A program made the translations under genes and the position numbers. This document shows, one piece after another, positions 53,028 to 64,000 of a stretch of DNA of 64,000 nucleotides. Positions within the stretch are counted from its first letter, which is position 1. Each line of letters opens with the position of its first letter. Under the pieces are notes generated by a model that worked only from the letters and a program-made list of their open reading frames with translations, made no database searches and was not told where the DNA came from. Origin of the DNA: Eledone cirrhosa (lineage: Eukaryota). Where the stretch lies: the NCBI GenBank assembly GCA_964016885.1, contig OZ024742.1:289912001-289976000 (forward strand), given 5' to 3'.

Positions 53028-54875
53028 TTGATCTAGATGAAATGCAGTTCGGGTTTGTGTCAGGCAAAAGTACCACAGACGCTCTTTTCATTGTACGACA
53101 ACTACAGGAGAAGTACCTAGCTAAAAGTAAACCCCTATACTTAGCTTTCGTCGACTTGGAGAAAGCCTTCAACAGAGTCCCCCGTTCCATTATCTGGTGG
53201 TCTCTTAGAAAACTAGGTGTTGACGAATGGCTTGTGAGAGCTATACAAGCCATGTATAAAGAAACGGTCAGTAAGGTTAGAATTAACAACGAATATAGTG
53301 AAGAGTTTAGCGTAAAAGTTGGTGTCCATCAGGGCTCTGTTCTTAGCCCCCTACTATTTATTATTGCCCTTCAGGCTATAACAGAGGAGTTCAAGACCGG
53401 CTGCCCATGGGAACTCCTATACGCAGATGATCTAACGCTCATAGCTGAATCAATGACCGAACTAGAGAAGAAATTCCAAACATGGAAGCACGGCCTAGAA
53501 TCAAAAGGCCTTAAAATTAACCTGGCTAAGACTAAAGTTCTAGTTTGTAGGAAAGAAAATAAGGCGGCGGTCCCATCTGGGAAATGGCCATGCTCAGTGT
53601 GTAGGAATGGCGTAGGTAGAAACTCCATTTTATGTCCCAAATGCAAAGTATGGGTGCATAAAAGATGTAGTGGGATCACAGGTAAGCTAACTAAGAACAT
53701 AGATTTTACATGTGGCCGGTGCTCTGGTGCAATAAGTAGCAGCAAGTGCCCACAAAATACTAGCTCCTTCAACTGCGCAGAGGGTTCTATAGAAATAGTG
53801 GACAGCTTCCGTTATCTGGGTGACAAAATCAGCAGTGGGGGAGGGTGCTCTGAAAGTACAGTAGCTAGAGTCAGAACTGGATGGAAAAAGTTCAGAGAGC
53901 TTATACCACTATTAGCCGCTAGAGGGTTCTCCCTAAAAATGAAAGGCAGGTTATACGATGCCTGCATACGAACAGCAATGCTGCATGGCAGTGAGACCTG
54001 GGCATTGTGTGCAGAGGATATACGCAGACTAGAGAGGAACGAAGCTTGCATGCTCCGCTGGATGTGCAATAGTAATATACGTGAACGGCAAAGCATAAAC
54101 GAACTAAGGAAAAAATTAGAAATAAGAGGGATCAGATGTTGTTTACTCGAGAGAAGGCTACGTTGGTACGGTCACGTGATGCGCATGAAAGACGACAGCT
54201 GTATAACAAAGTGCAGGGCAATAAAGATAGACGGTAGCCACGGAGTAGGCAGACCCAGAAAAACATGGGACGAGCTGATAAATTCCGACCTCACACGCTT
54301 ACACCTCTCCAAGACAATGTCACTGGACCGAGTCCTTTGGCGGTACTCAGTAATAGAGAAGACCCGCCTTACCTAAATACAAAGTAAAAACCTACTACAG
54401 TCAGTAGGCATCTCTATCAAAACACACCCCCGTCCCACCACCTCCACCCCACCCACACCGCCCCTTTCAATGTAAAGTTATGTTGGTCCCACAACATCCA
54501 GGCCGAAACAAATGAGATCGTGTAGGTGTCACGACAAAAAACACACAGTCCACGCTGTAAATGTGGCCGTGTAGGCAACACGGTAAAAACCTCCCAGCCC
54601 CACACTGTAAATGTGGTTGGTGTTAGGAAGGGCATCCAGCTGTAGAAAACCCGCCAGACAGTCCACGCTGTAATGTGGCCGTGTAGGCAACACGGTAAAA
54701 ACCTCCCAGCCCCACACTGTAAATGTGGTTGGTGTTAGGAAGGGCATCCAACTGTAGAAAACCCGCCAGACAGTCCTATGCGAGCAAGACAACCACTCTT
54801 GCCTCAAGTGGGAAAACCCCCGTCCAAACCCATGCAAGCGTGGAACACGGACGCTAAACCTGATGATGATGATGA
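53026..54875 (+). mobile_element. RTE LINE, 5'-truncated, open 444-aa frame
   Basis: Nearly identical to 32220-34168. The 3' UTR contains a ~113-bp tandem duplication. Confidence 0.92.
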
Positions 54876-54890
54876 TATATATATATATAT

Positions 54891-55951
54891 ATCATCATCA
54901 CCGTTTTACGTCCGTTCTTCCACGCTAGCATGGGTTAGACGGGTTGTCCTGTTGTGGGCAGTGTCTGGTCGGCTGACCATGCCTTGCTCATACAGGAACT
55001 GATCTGGCTTGATTTCTACAGCTGGATGCCCTTCCTAACACCAACCTCATTTACAGTGAGTGCTGGGTGCTTTTTCGTGGCGCCTACACGTCCACTTTAC
55101 AGTGTGGGCTGGGTGCTTTTTTTGCCGTGGCACCTCCACGACCACCTTGCGGGGGGGGGGGGGGGGGGCATATTGTTTATATGCTTCAGCATGTACCCAT
55201 GGGAGGTCGGGTACCCTGTATTACTGCGTGACGCCAGAAGTCACGGTCGTGTGTCATTGACTTTGAGAGGTGTAGTTGGGTAAGGTCGGCTTTTATCACC
55301 TCATCCCAAGTCATCTTGGGTCTCCCCACTCCGCGGTTTCCATCAACTTCTAGTGCTCTGCACCTTTTTATGCAGCTGTCATCCTTCATACGCATCACAT
55401 GTCCATACCAGCGTAACCGCCTCTCCTGCACGCAGCATTTGATTCCTCTTATGTTCAGTCTCTCTCTCAATTCATTTATGCTTTGTCGTTCACGTATATT
55501 ACTGTTACACATCCATCGGAGCATGCAGGCTTCGTTTCTCTCTAATCTACGTAAGTCTTCCACCTTCAGCGCCCAGGTCTCACTACCATGCAACATCGCT
55601 GTTCGGATACACGCATCATACAGTCTGCCTTTCATTCTGAGGGAGAAGCCTTTTGCAGCTAGCAGTGGTAGTAGTTCCCTAAACTTCTTCCATCCCGTTC
55701 TTACCCTAGTTATTGTACTTTCTGAGCACCCACCTCCGTTGCTAATTCGGTCACCTAGGTAGCAGAAGCTGTCTACTGTTTCTACAGGGCCCTCCCAGAG
55801 ATTGGTGGTACTTGTTTCCTGTGGCTGTTTGCTTGCTGTTTCAGCACAGCTGCTGCATGTGAATCCTACATTCTTAATTAAGCTTCCTGAGATCCCGCTA
55901 CATCTCTTGTGTACCCATTGTTTGCATTTGGGGCAAAGAATGGAGTTCCTA

Positions 55952-56008
<57 letters not shown>

Positions 56009-58200
56009 ATACATGCACATATCATGATGACATACACATATATATATATGCCTTTCATTTTGAAGGAAAAACCTTTTGTAGTTAGCTCCCTGAATTTCTC
56101 CAACCCAATCTCACTCTGGCTACTGTGCTTTCAGAACACCCTCCTCCACTACTGATTTGGTCACCCAGGTAATGGAAACTATCTACTTCTTCAACCGAGT
56201 CCTTTGAGCATTTGAAGGTGGTTGTATCCTGTGCACCGGCCACAAGTAAAACCTACATTCTTTGCTAGCCTGCTTGAGATCCCACTACATCTCTTGTGTA
56301 CCCATTGCTTGCATTTGGTACATAGAATGGAATTTATACCTACTCCTTTTCTGCACACTGAGCCGGGCCATTTCCCAGAGGAGATCTGGGCCCTGTTATC
56401 CCTTCTACGTACTAGGACTTTAATCTTTGCCAGGTTGACTTTAAGACCTTTACATTCTAGGCCTTGCTTCCGGGTTTGGAATTTCATCTCTAGTTCAGCT
56501 ATAGATTTGACTATAAGGGTTAGGTCATCAGCATGCAGAAGTTCCCATGGGCAGCCAGTCTTAAACTCCTCTGTTATTGCCTGCAGAACGATAATAAACA
56601 AAAGAGGGCTAAGAACAGATCCCTGATGGACACCAACCTGCATGCTAAATTTTTTATAGTAATTGTTAATTCTAACCTTCCTGGCTGTTCTTCTATACAT
56701 TGCTTGAATTGCCCCCACAAGCTATTCGTCAACTCTTAGTTTCCTAAGAACCCATCAGATAATGGAACGGGGTACTCTGTCAAAAGCTTCCTCAAGGTCG
56801 ACAAAGCCAGGAAGAGGGGCTTACTCTTAACTAAGTACTTCTCCTGCAGTTATCTTACAAGGAAGAAGGCATCTGTGATACTTTTACCTGGGACAAATCC
56901 AAACTGCATCTCATCTATGTTAACACGTTCTCTAATCAGCTGAACTACGACTCTTTCAGTGACCTTCATAACCTGGTCAACCAACTTAATGCCTCTATAG
57001 TTTTCTCTATCTAGAGCGTCTCCTTTGCCCTTGTAGCAGTTTACAATGATGCTGCTACACTTGTCATTGAGTATGACACCATTTTGTATGACTTGGTTTA
57101 CAATGCGGGAGACGATGGTGTGGCCCACCATACCTGAAGGTTTCAGCATCTCAGCAACTATTCCTGAGGGACCAGCTGTCCTGCCTGACTTCATGTCCTT
57201 GATTGCCTTACTTACTATACTACCACTAACTTGTACAGCCGGTTCCATTGTTCGGTCGACATGTGACAGACTGTCTTTATCCCATGCATTCTTCTCATTC
57301 AGTAATCTTTCATAGTGGCACTTCCAAGCTACCTTCTTTCAGCGTCAGTGAGAGCAAGTTCGCCAAAATCATTTCTGACACACTTCTCTCCACCAACATC
57401 ACAATTTTCCCTGACACACTGTCTAGCGATCCTGAACACCGCATGTCTTTGATCCTCATGCTGCAAAACATGCTTAGGTTTTTTTGTTTTCTGCTTCCTT
57501 TCTAGTGAGGTAAACTTGTCACCTAGCTTCTCTCCTAGCCTTCTGGTAAACTTCCCTGCTACCCCCATTATGCCAATCTTTCCAAGCATGTCTCATTTAC
57601 TTTACTATTCCACCACCAAGCCACTCTCTGTCTCCCTAGAGACCTACTCCAACTACAGATTTCATCTGTCACCTTCAGGAGGTTATCTTTCAGGAACTCC
57701 CATTGTTCCTCTATATTATATGTCTCTATTTGCTCTTTGTTACTGTTGAAGGCCTCAGTCAACATACTTTTAAATTTGTCACTGTTTGATGGGTCTTTTA
57801 ACTTCTATACTTGTCTCTTCCAGTTTGGCTTCTATTGTCGATTTCTTCCAGCCCTGACTATAAGGTCGCTAACTACTATGTTATGTTGGGAGATGCATTC
57901 TTCACTGGGGAGGGACATTGCGTTCCTAACAGTCACTCTGTCTTGTCTTCTAGTAACAATGAAATCAATTTGGCTGGCGAGGTCACCTGATCTATATGTA
58001 ATTAGGTGGCTGTCTCGTTTTCTGAAGTTCGTGTTACAGATAAATAGGTCAAGGGCGTCACAGAATTCCATAGCCTTCCTCATTTCTAGGATCGTACCCG
58101 TAAACCCCGTCAAAGCCATCGCAGAGTTGTCCCACATGTCCATTGAAGTCACCTGCAATGAGTAGAAAGTCATTGTTGTTAATTTGGGAGGTAGTGAGCA
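54891..58200 (-). mobile_element. two related RTE copies (54891-55954 and about 56048-58200)
   Basis: RT, Cys-rich insert and APE remnants (SQIDFIV, SQH). Confidence 0.85.
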
Positions 58201-58693
58201 TTAGGGACTCAGAACCTGTCTTTTTGTATACTTAAACTGTATGGTCATATCAAAAGATCAACTTGTGGTGTGAGTAAATTATGCCTAAAAGAAAGTTAGC
58301 TGGTAAGAGAAGCAAGGGACGACGGCCAAAACGCTGGCTTGATAATGTCAACTTATAGACTGGACTTGACTTTTGCTCTTTAGATTCTGCTGTTGGTGAT
58401 CAAACTTTGTGGAGAAGAATATTTCATGTTAATGCACAGTCTGCAACTGGTGGAGTGAGTGTTTAGGATGGAGAAAATAATTGCAAAGCAGATAAAGAAG
58501 AGAATTATATGTCACTCAGGCGATTCTCGACTTTTTCTGCTTTAGGGGTATATCCCTGATTTATTCTCAACTATTTTGTAGTGATAATTTATGTGTTGTG
58601 GTATTTTGCTTGATAGTAAAACAGTGGGAAATGTCATTCTTACCACATGCTTCATAGAAGCTCCATTTGATATATTTTGCTTTTCTGCTTCAG

Positions 58694-58915
58694 GCATCTT
58701 GATTTGGGTATGTTAGATCAAAGATCAAAGACAAACTACCAAGACCCTGAAAAGATTCTCTCCAAAATAATATTAGGTCTTCCTGACATTGTATCTTTGG
58801 ATATTTCTGGAACTAATCTGGCTGGAGAGAAGGCAATGACACCAGAATCCCACCGACTTGGCGTCAGAAGACCAAATACAAAATTAAAAGATGAATTAGA
58901 AGAAACAAACTGCAG
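58694..58915 (+). CDS. ZER1: ZER1-like coding exon 2
   Basis: CAG|G completes Arg. Peptide HLDL...LPDIVSLDISGTNL. Donor GTAAAT, phase 2-2. Confidence 0.85.
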
Positions 58916-59670
58916 GTAAATATTTACATAATATATGTTGTTTTTTTTTGTGCTAATATTTATAGGACTGAGACATGGATGATGAATGTTGAGGAGCAGA
59001 GAACGCTTGGAAGAAAAGGGAAAGGTATATACTGTATGTGTGAGAAGTTACATGATTTATGGGAGTGAGACATGGCTGATGAATGGAGAGAAGCAGAGAA
59101 GGTTGTGCCATGATTTATGTGAGTGATATATGACTGATGAATGAGGAGGAGCAGAGAAGGCTGAAAGACAATGGTTTGTAGGATGAGCGGAGCATAGCTC
59201 AAAAAGAATGTACTAAGTGCATTTTATCATGGCACCAGCACTAGAGAGTTTGCCATATGCTCAGTCAAACTAGAAAATCCTCTATATCCTACTATATCCT
59301 ATACTGCCTCTGTTTGATCAACAACCTCTTAGAGCGTGAACTGGGTGCAATTTATTGTGGCACTTTCATTCATTATCTTCATTTGAACGTCAACCACTAC
59401 ACACACATTCATGCATGTTTAATTTTGATGGTAGTGAGAATGAGTACTCAATAACACCACCATCCTCACCATCATCATCATTTAACATTTGCTTTTCCTT
59501 GATAATTAGGTATAGAGATTAATAGTTTTATTCAAGTTGAGTCTGTGTCTTGTTATTCTGGAGTTTTTCCTGTATGCTTACATGCTCATCAGACAGTTCT
59601 TATCTGTCAATAAATGTCTGATGAGTGATAAGCAACTCAACTGACTTGAGCTTAAAACACTATATATATA

Positions 59671-60566
59671 CGAGGTGTGTCAGAAAAGTTCTAGGACTGA
59701 TGTCACAAAAGATTTATTTCAAACCCAAACTTCACACTAAGAGTTTTCTCCTTCAAAGTAATCCCCCTGGCGTATGTAACTGTAATTTTAGCTCTCTGCA
59801 GCGATCAAACTTTTTTCTTCGTAATTTGATATACATGTCCTCTGTTTCAGGTCGTCAAGCAATGAGCACAGAGCAACGAACAAACTTGAAAACTCCGTCA
59901 GAAGCACTGGGATTGCTGCAGCAAGTGTATGGAGATGAGACGATGTCACGCTCATGTGTTTTTTAGTGGTGCAAGAGGTTTAAAGAAGGACGCGAGGACG
60001 TGGAAGATGACCCCAGGAGCGGAAGGCCCTCAACAACCAGGACTGAGGTCGATGTTGAGCGCGTCAGGCAGATGGTGCATAGCGATCATCGGCTGACTGT
60101 TCGACTGATGGCAAATGAGCTGAGCATGAATCGAGACAGCGTCTGGAAGATTCTCACTGAAGATTTGGATATGCGGAGAGTCTGCGCGAAGATGGTGCCA
60201 AAACTGCTGAACGATGACCAGAAGGGTCGACACATGCAAATGTGCCAGGACATCCTCGAGCCTCTTGAAACCGAACCAGACTTGCTAGGGACAGTCATCA
60301 CCGGTGATGAGTCATGGATCTTCGAGTACGACCCGGAGGGGACCTGTTTTGAAGACGTGGATGACATCAAAAAGGCCATGATGACGGAACTGCGGAGGAT
60401 GCCGGAAGAATCCTTCCAGGGGTGCATGCAAGCGTGGCAGAAAAGGATGGAAAAGTGCATTAGACTCCAGGGGGATTACTTTGAAGGAGAAAACTCTTCG
60501 TGTGAAGTTTGGGTTTGAAATAAATCTTTTGTGACATCAGTCCTGGAACTTTTCTGACCCACCTCG
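59671..60566 (+). mobile_element. internally deleted mariner with ~66-bp TIRs
   Basis: TA|CGAGGTG...CACCTCG|TA. Peptides EDDPRSGRP, KMVPK, ITGDESW. Catalytic segment is deleted after YDPE. Confidence 0.9.
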
Positions 60567-61165
60567 TATATATATATATATATATAGCAGGTTCATTATG
60601 ACATCTCACATGTCCAGCTAATGCAAGCCCTCATGATGTCAGAAAGTCAAAGATGTGTACACTAGAAGGATTTATTTGTTACATGTACTCTCTAGATGTT
60701 TTGGACCTTTCTCAGCAATTGTGTGTATGTACCATTGCTCTTCTTTATAAGGGGATTTTTTGCTAATGAGCGTGACTCAACCAATGCTTTAAATAGCCAC
60801 ATTTTTGTTGCTTTCTTGATTAGAGCCAGAGTTTCCATAGGGAGTTGAGAGCTCTCCATGCCTTGCCTATCCTGGTGTCCATGTCATTTTTTTGCACTTG
60901 TGTAACTGCCTAGGTACTATAAGTCAACTATTTTTTGCCACCTCCTAATCATCTAGTGCATGTATTTGGTCATTTGATGTTGCATTGAGATGCATGAATG
61001 TTTTATTGACATTCAAGTACAGTAGTCCGATGGATTGCTCTGCAACCTCAACTCACTGTAATAAGCCCTCTGTTTCTTTGAGGGTGTTTTCCAAGAGTGC
61101 TATGGCATCTGTATAAGCCAGTTCATGTTCCTTTTGTAATCTGCCTTTTTATCTGCCTTGATTAT

Positions 61166-61201
<36 letters not shown>

Positions 61202-61350
61202 CATACTTATAAACACAACACACACACATATGTATATATAGATAGATATATATACATATACATATAAACAAACACACAGACATATATTGTGTAAATCATT
61301 TGAACAATATGTGCATTCTTTATATTTTTTCTTACTTTTGTTTTATTTAG

Positions 61351-61444
61351 CATTCCTGGATTACATGGGAAAACTCTGGATTTTCTTGGACTTTTGAATT
61401 GTGCTAATGATGCCTGTGAACGAGAAAACATACCTGCAAAACTT
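61351..61444 (+). CDS. ZER1: ZER1-like coding exon 3
   Basis: Peptide SIPGLHGKTLDFLGLLNCANDACERENIPAKL. TAG acceptor, GTAGGT donor, phase 2-0. Confidence 0.82.
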
Positions 61445-61585
61445 GTAGGTTCATTTTCATTTAGTATTTACTTTATTAACTCTTTTGATACCATCCCACC
61501 TGGAACTACCCTGGTTTTACAATATAAAGTTATTTATTTTAATGTGTTTGTATTTATCTAAAAACCTTCCATTATAATTTTATCA

Positions 61586-62055
61586 CTTCTCTAAGACAAT
61601 GTCGCTGGACCGAGATCTTTGGCGCTACGCAGTAATACAGAAAACCCGCCTTGCCTAAGTACAAAGCAAGACCTACAGTCAGTAGGCACCTCTTAATCAA
61701 ATATACACACACACACCCCCTCCCACTACCCCCACCCCACCCCTATCAACACCACCTCTTTCTCTGTAAAGTTATGTTGGTACCACAACATCCAGTCCTA
61801 AATAAATGAGGTCGTGTAAGTGTCACGGCAAAAAACACACAGTCCACGCTGCAATGTGGTCGTGAAGGTTACACGGTAAAAACCTCCCAGTCCACACTGT
61901 AAACGTGGTTGGTGTTAGGAAGGGCATCCAGCTATAGAAAACCTGCCAGACAGTCCCATACAAGCGAGACAACCAATCTTACCTCAAGTGGGACAATTCC
62001 CGTCTAAACCCATGCTAACGTGGAAGATAGTCGTTAAACGATGATGATGATGATG
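61586..62055 (+). mobile_element. RTE 3' end
   Basis: ORF tail, 3' UTR and (GAT)n. Confidence 0.85.
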
Positions 62056-62462
62056 TAAGAACCTTTGTTAAACTCCAAACACCAGCCTAACAATGAGAAA
62101 GTTAGTTATATTAGTAAATTCTTCCAAATTCGAGATTATTTTCAAAATTATGTAAAACATATTGGTAATTAATGTCTTTCATTAGAACTATTATATCAAT
62201 TTCAATAACAACAAACACAACCAATGTTTTAAATCCTTTTTCCCTGCTAAATTAAGGGTTAGCCTTGTGAGCCTCATGCGGCCAGCAATTACCATTTAAC
62301 AAAGTGTACTGGGTATGTTTTATCATGGCTTTACACATCATCACAGAGTGTACTAGATGTGTTTTATCATGGCACCAGTACTACTATTTTATTGTGTGGG
62401 TTTATTTATGTCCTTTTCCCATTTTCAAAGTTCTATATTTGTATCCGAATTGCCTTCTACAG

Positions 62463-62606
62463 ATCACAGGTGATGCCAATGAAGAGCAGATCCTGTTATC
62501 CCTGCAAACTTATCAAGACAGAAGCTCCCATATTATTGTTGCTTTGAACAGTCTTTATAATTTATTTCGGAGATCTGTTGTACGGAATCAAGCTGATGCT
62601 CTTGAC
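62463..62606 (+). CDS. ZER1: ZER1-like coding exon 4
   Basis: ITGDANEEQIL is a ZER1/ZYG11 hallmark. CAG acceptor, GTAAGT donor, phase 0-0. Confidence 0.88.
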
Positions 62607-63299
62607 GTAAGTAAACACTTTCTTTTTACTCAGACATTTCTCAGATTTAGACAATCTTTAAACCCTTTTCATACCATCCTGCCTCATTCTATGATAAAAA
62701 GCTGTTTGCATTGATCTAAAAACCATCCATTATAATTTTATGTCAGATCTCTAATGTTCCTGACACCAGCTAAATATTTGATCAACCTACTTGAAACCAC
62801 CCCTAGTTCTATTTCAAAGTATTTATATTTTTTAAAAATTCAGTGATAATTTTATGTAAGAACTATTAAGGAATTTTCAAAACACAAGCATACACAGGCT
62901 AAAGCATACATCTAATGAAGCCTCCATAATGAAGCTGACATAACAAAAAGCACCCAGTACTCACTGTAAATATGGCTGGCATTAGGAAAGGCATCCAGCT
63001 GTAGATACCAAGCCAAAATTAGTTCTGTATGAACAAAACATGGTCATCTGACTTGACATTTCTCACAACAGGACAACTCGTCTAATCCATGCTAGCATGG
63101 AAAAATGTACATTAAACAGTGCTGATGATAATGATATTTACTAGGCAGTATTTTTCATTAGAAATATGTTAATAAAAAGGTTAAGTAAGAGGATGAAACT
63201 TAAGAAAAATATAAAGGCTAGGTTTAAAGCTCCTACTTTTCATCATGTTGATCTATGGGACAATAACATAGTATAATCTAACTGATGGGCATACTTTCT

Positions 63300-63805
63300 A
63301 CAGCTGAATGCCTTTCTTAATACTAACCACTTTACAGAGTGTACTGGCAGCATTTTATAGAGACACTAGCACTTCCTCTTTACAGTGTGTAGTGGGTACA
63401 TTTTATTGTGGCATCCATACTACCTCTTTACCGGGTACATTCTATAATGGCACCAACCCTATCACTTTACAGAGTGCACTGGTTACATTCTATAGTGGCA
63501 CCAGCCCTGCCACTTTACAGAGTGTACTGGGTGCATTCTATATTAGTTCAGCACTGCCACTTTACAGAGTATACTAGGTGCATTCTATAGTGGAACCAGC
63601 ACTGTCACTTTACAGAGTGTACTGGGTGCATTCTATAGTAGCACCAGCACTGCCATTTTACAGAGTGTACTGGGTGCATTCTATAGTGGCACCAGCACTG
63701 CCACTTTACAGAGTGTACTGAGTGTACTAGGTGTATTCTATAGTGGAACCAGCGCTACCACTTTACAGAGTGTACTGGGTACATTCTATAGTGGAACCAG
63801 CATTA
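63300..63805. repeat. ~48-bp minisatellite (~10 copies)
   Basis: Unit CCACTTTACAGAGTGTACTGGGTGCATTCTATAGTGGCACCAGCACTG. Confidence 0.9.
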
Positions 63806-63895
63806 TATGTATGTTGACAACAACTCGTCAGTGACATTGTATTTTGTATTTTAAAGTTTTTCTTTTAATTTCTAACATCTATTTGTCTATTGTAG

Positions 63896-63954
63896 GCCAT
63901 ATTGTCTTGTATGAAGCAACATCCAAAAGATTGGCACGTCCAGATCTCAGGGAG
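63896..63954 (+). CDS. ZER1: ZER1-like coding exon 5 (ARM region; gene continues past window)
   Basis: Peptide AILSCMKQHPKDWHVQISG(S). TAG acceptor, GTAAAC donor. Confidence 0.82.
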
Positions 63955-64000
63955 GTAAACATTACTGCTTTACTTCTTTTCAATTTAAAAGCATGAAAAA

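Noticed and set aside
63300-63805. Regularly spaced repeats resembling a CRISPR array (also 41827-42200)
   Set aside because: There are no unique spacers and no cas genes, and the context is eukaryotic. These are minisatellites.

Overview
AT-rich, repeat-saturated metazoan genomic DNA. The SINE, RTE and (TA)n landscape resembles octopus or another coleoid cephalopod; this is an inference. One host gene is visible: five in-phase coding exons of a ZER1-like (ZYG11-family CRL2 substrate receptor) gene on the + strand from about 45.5 kb, continuing beyond the window. The rest is mostly mobile DNA: an open-frame CR1 LINE, an open-frame Penelope-like element (PLE) with long direct pseudo-LTRs (pLTRs), an intact Chapaev3-type DNA transposon, many RTE LINEs, Tx1/L1 and R4 relics, hAT and mariner relics, Helitron fragments, tRNA-SINEs and micro/minisatellites. 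The most notable signal missed by the ORF track is about ten hammerhead-ribozyme (HHR) motifs from several families. These include two full type-I HHRs with a compensatory U3-A8 core, and a 2.5-kb non-coding element bounded by HHR-bearing inverted repeats that carries a duplicated internal RNA structure. All folds were read by eye; none was computed or tested.
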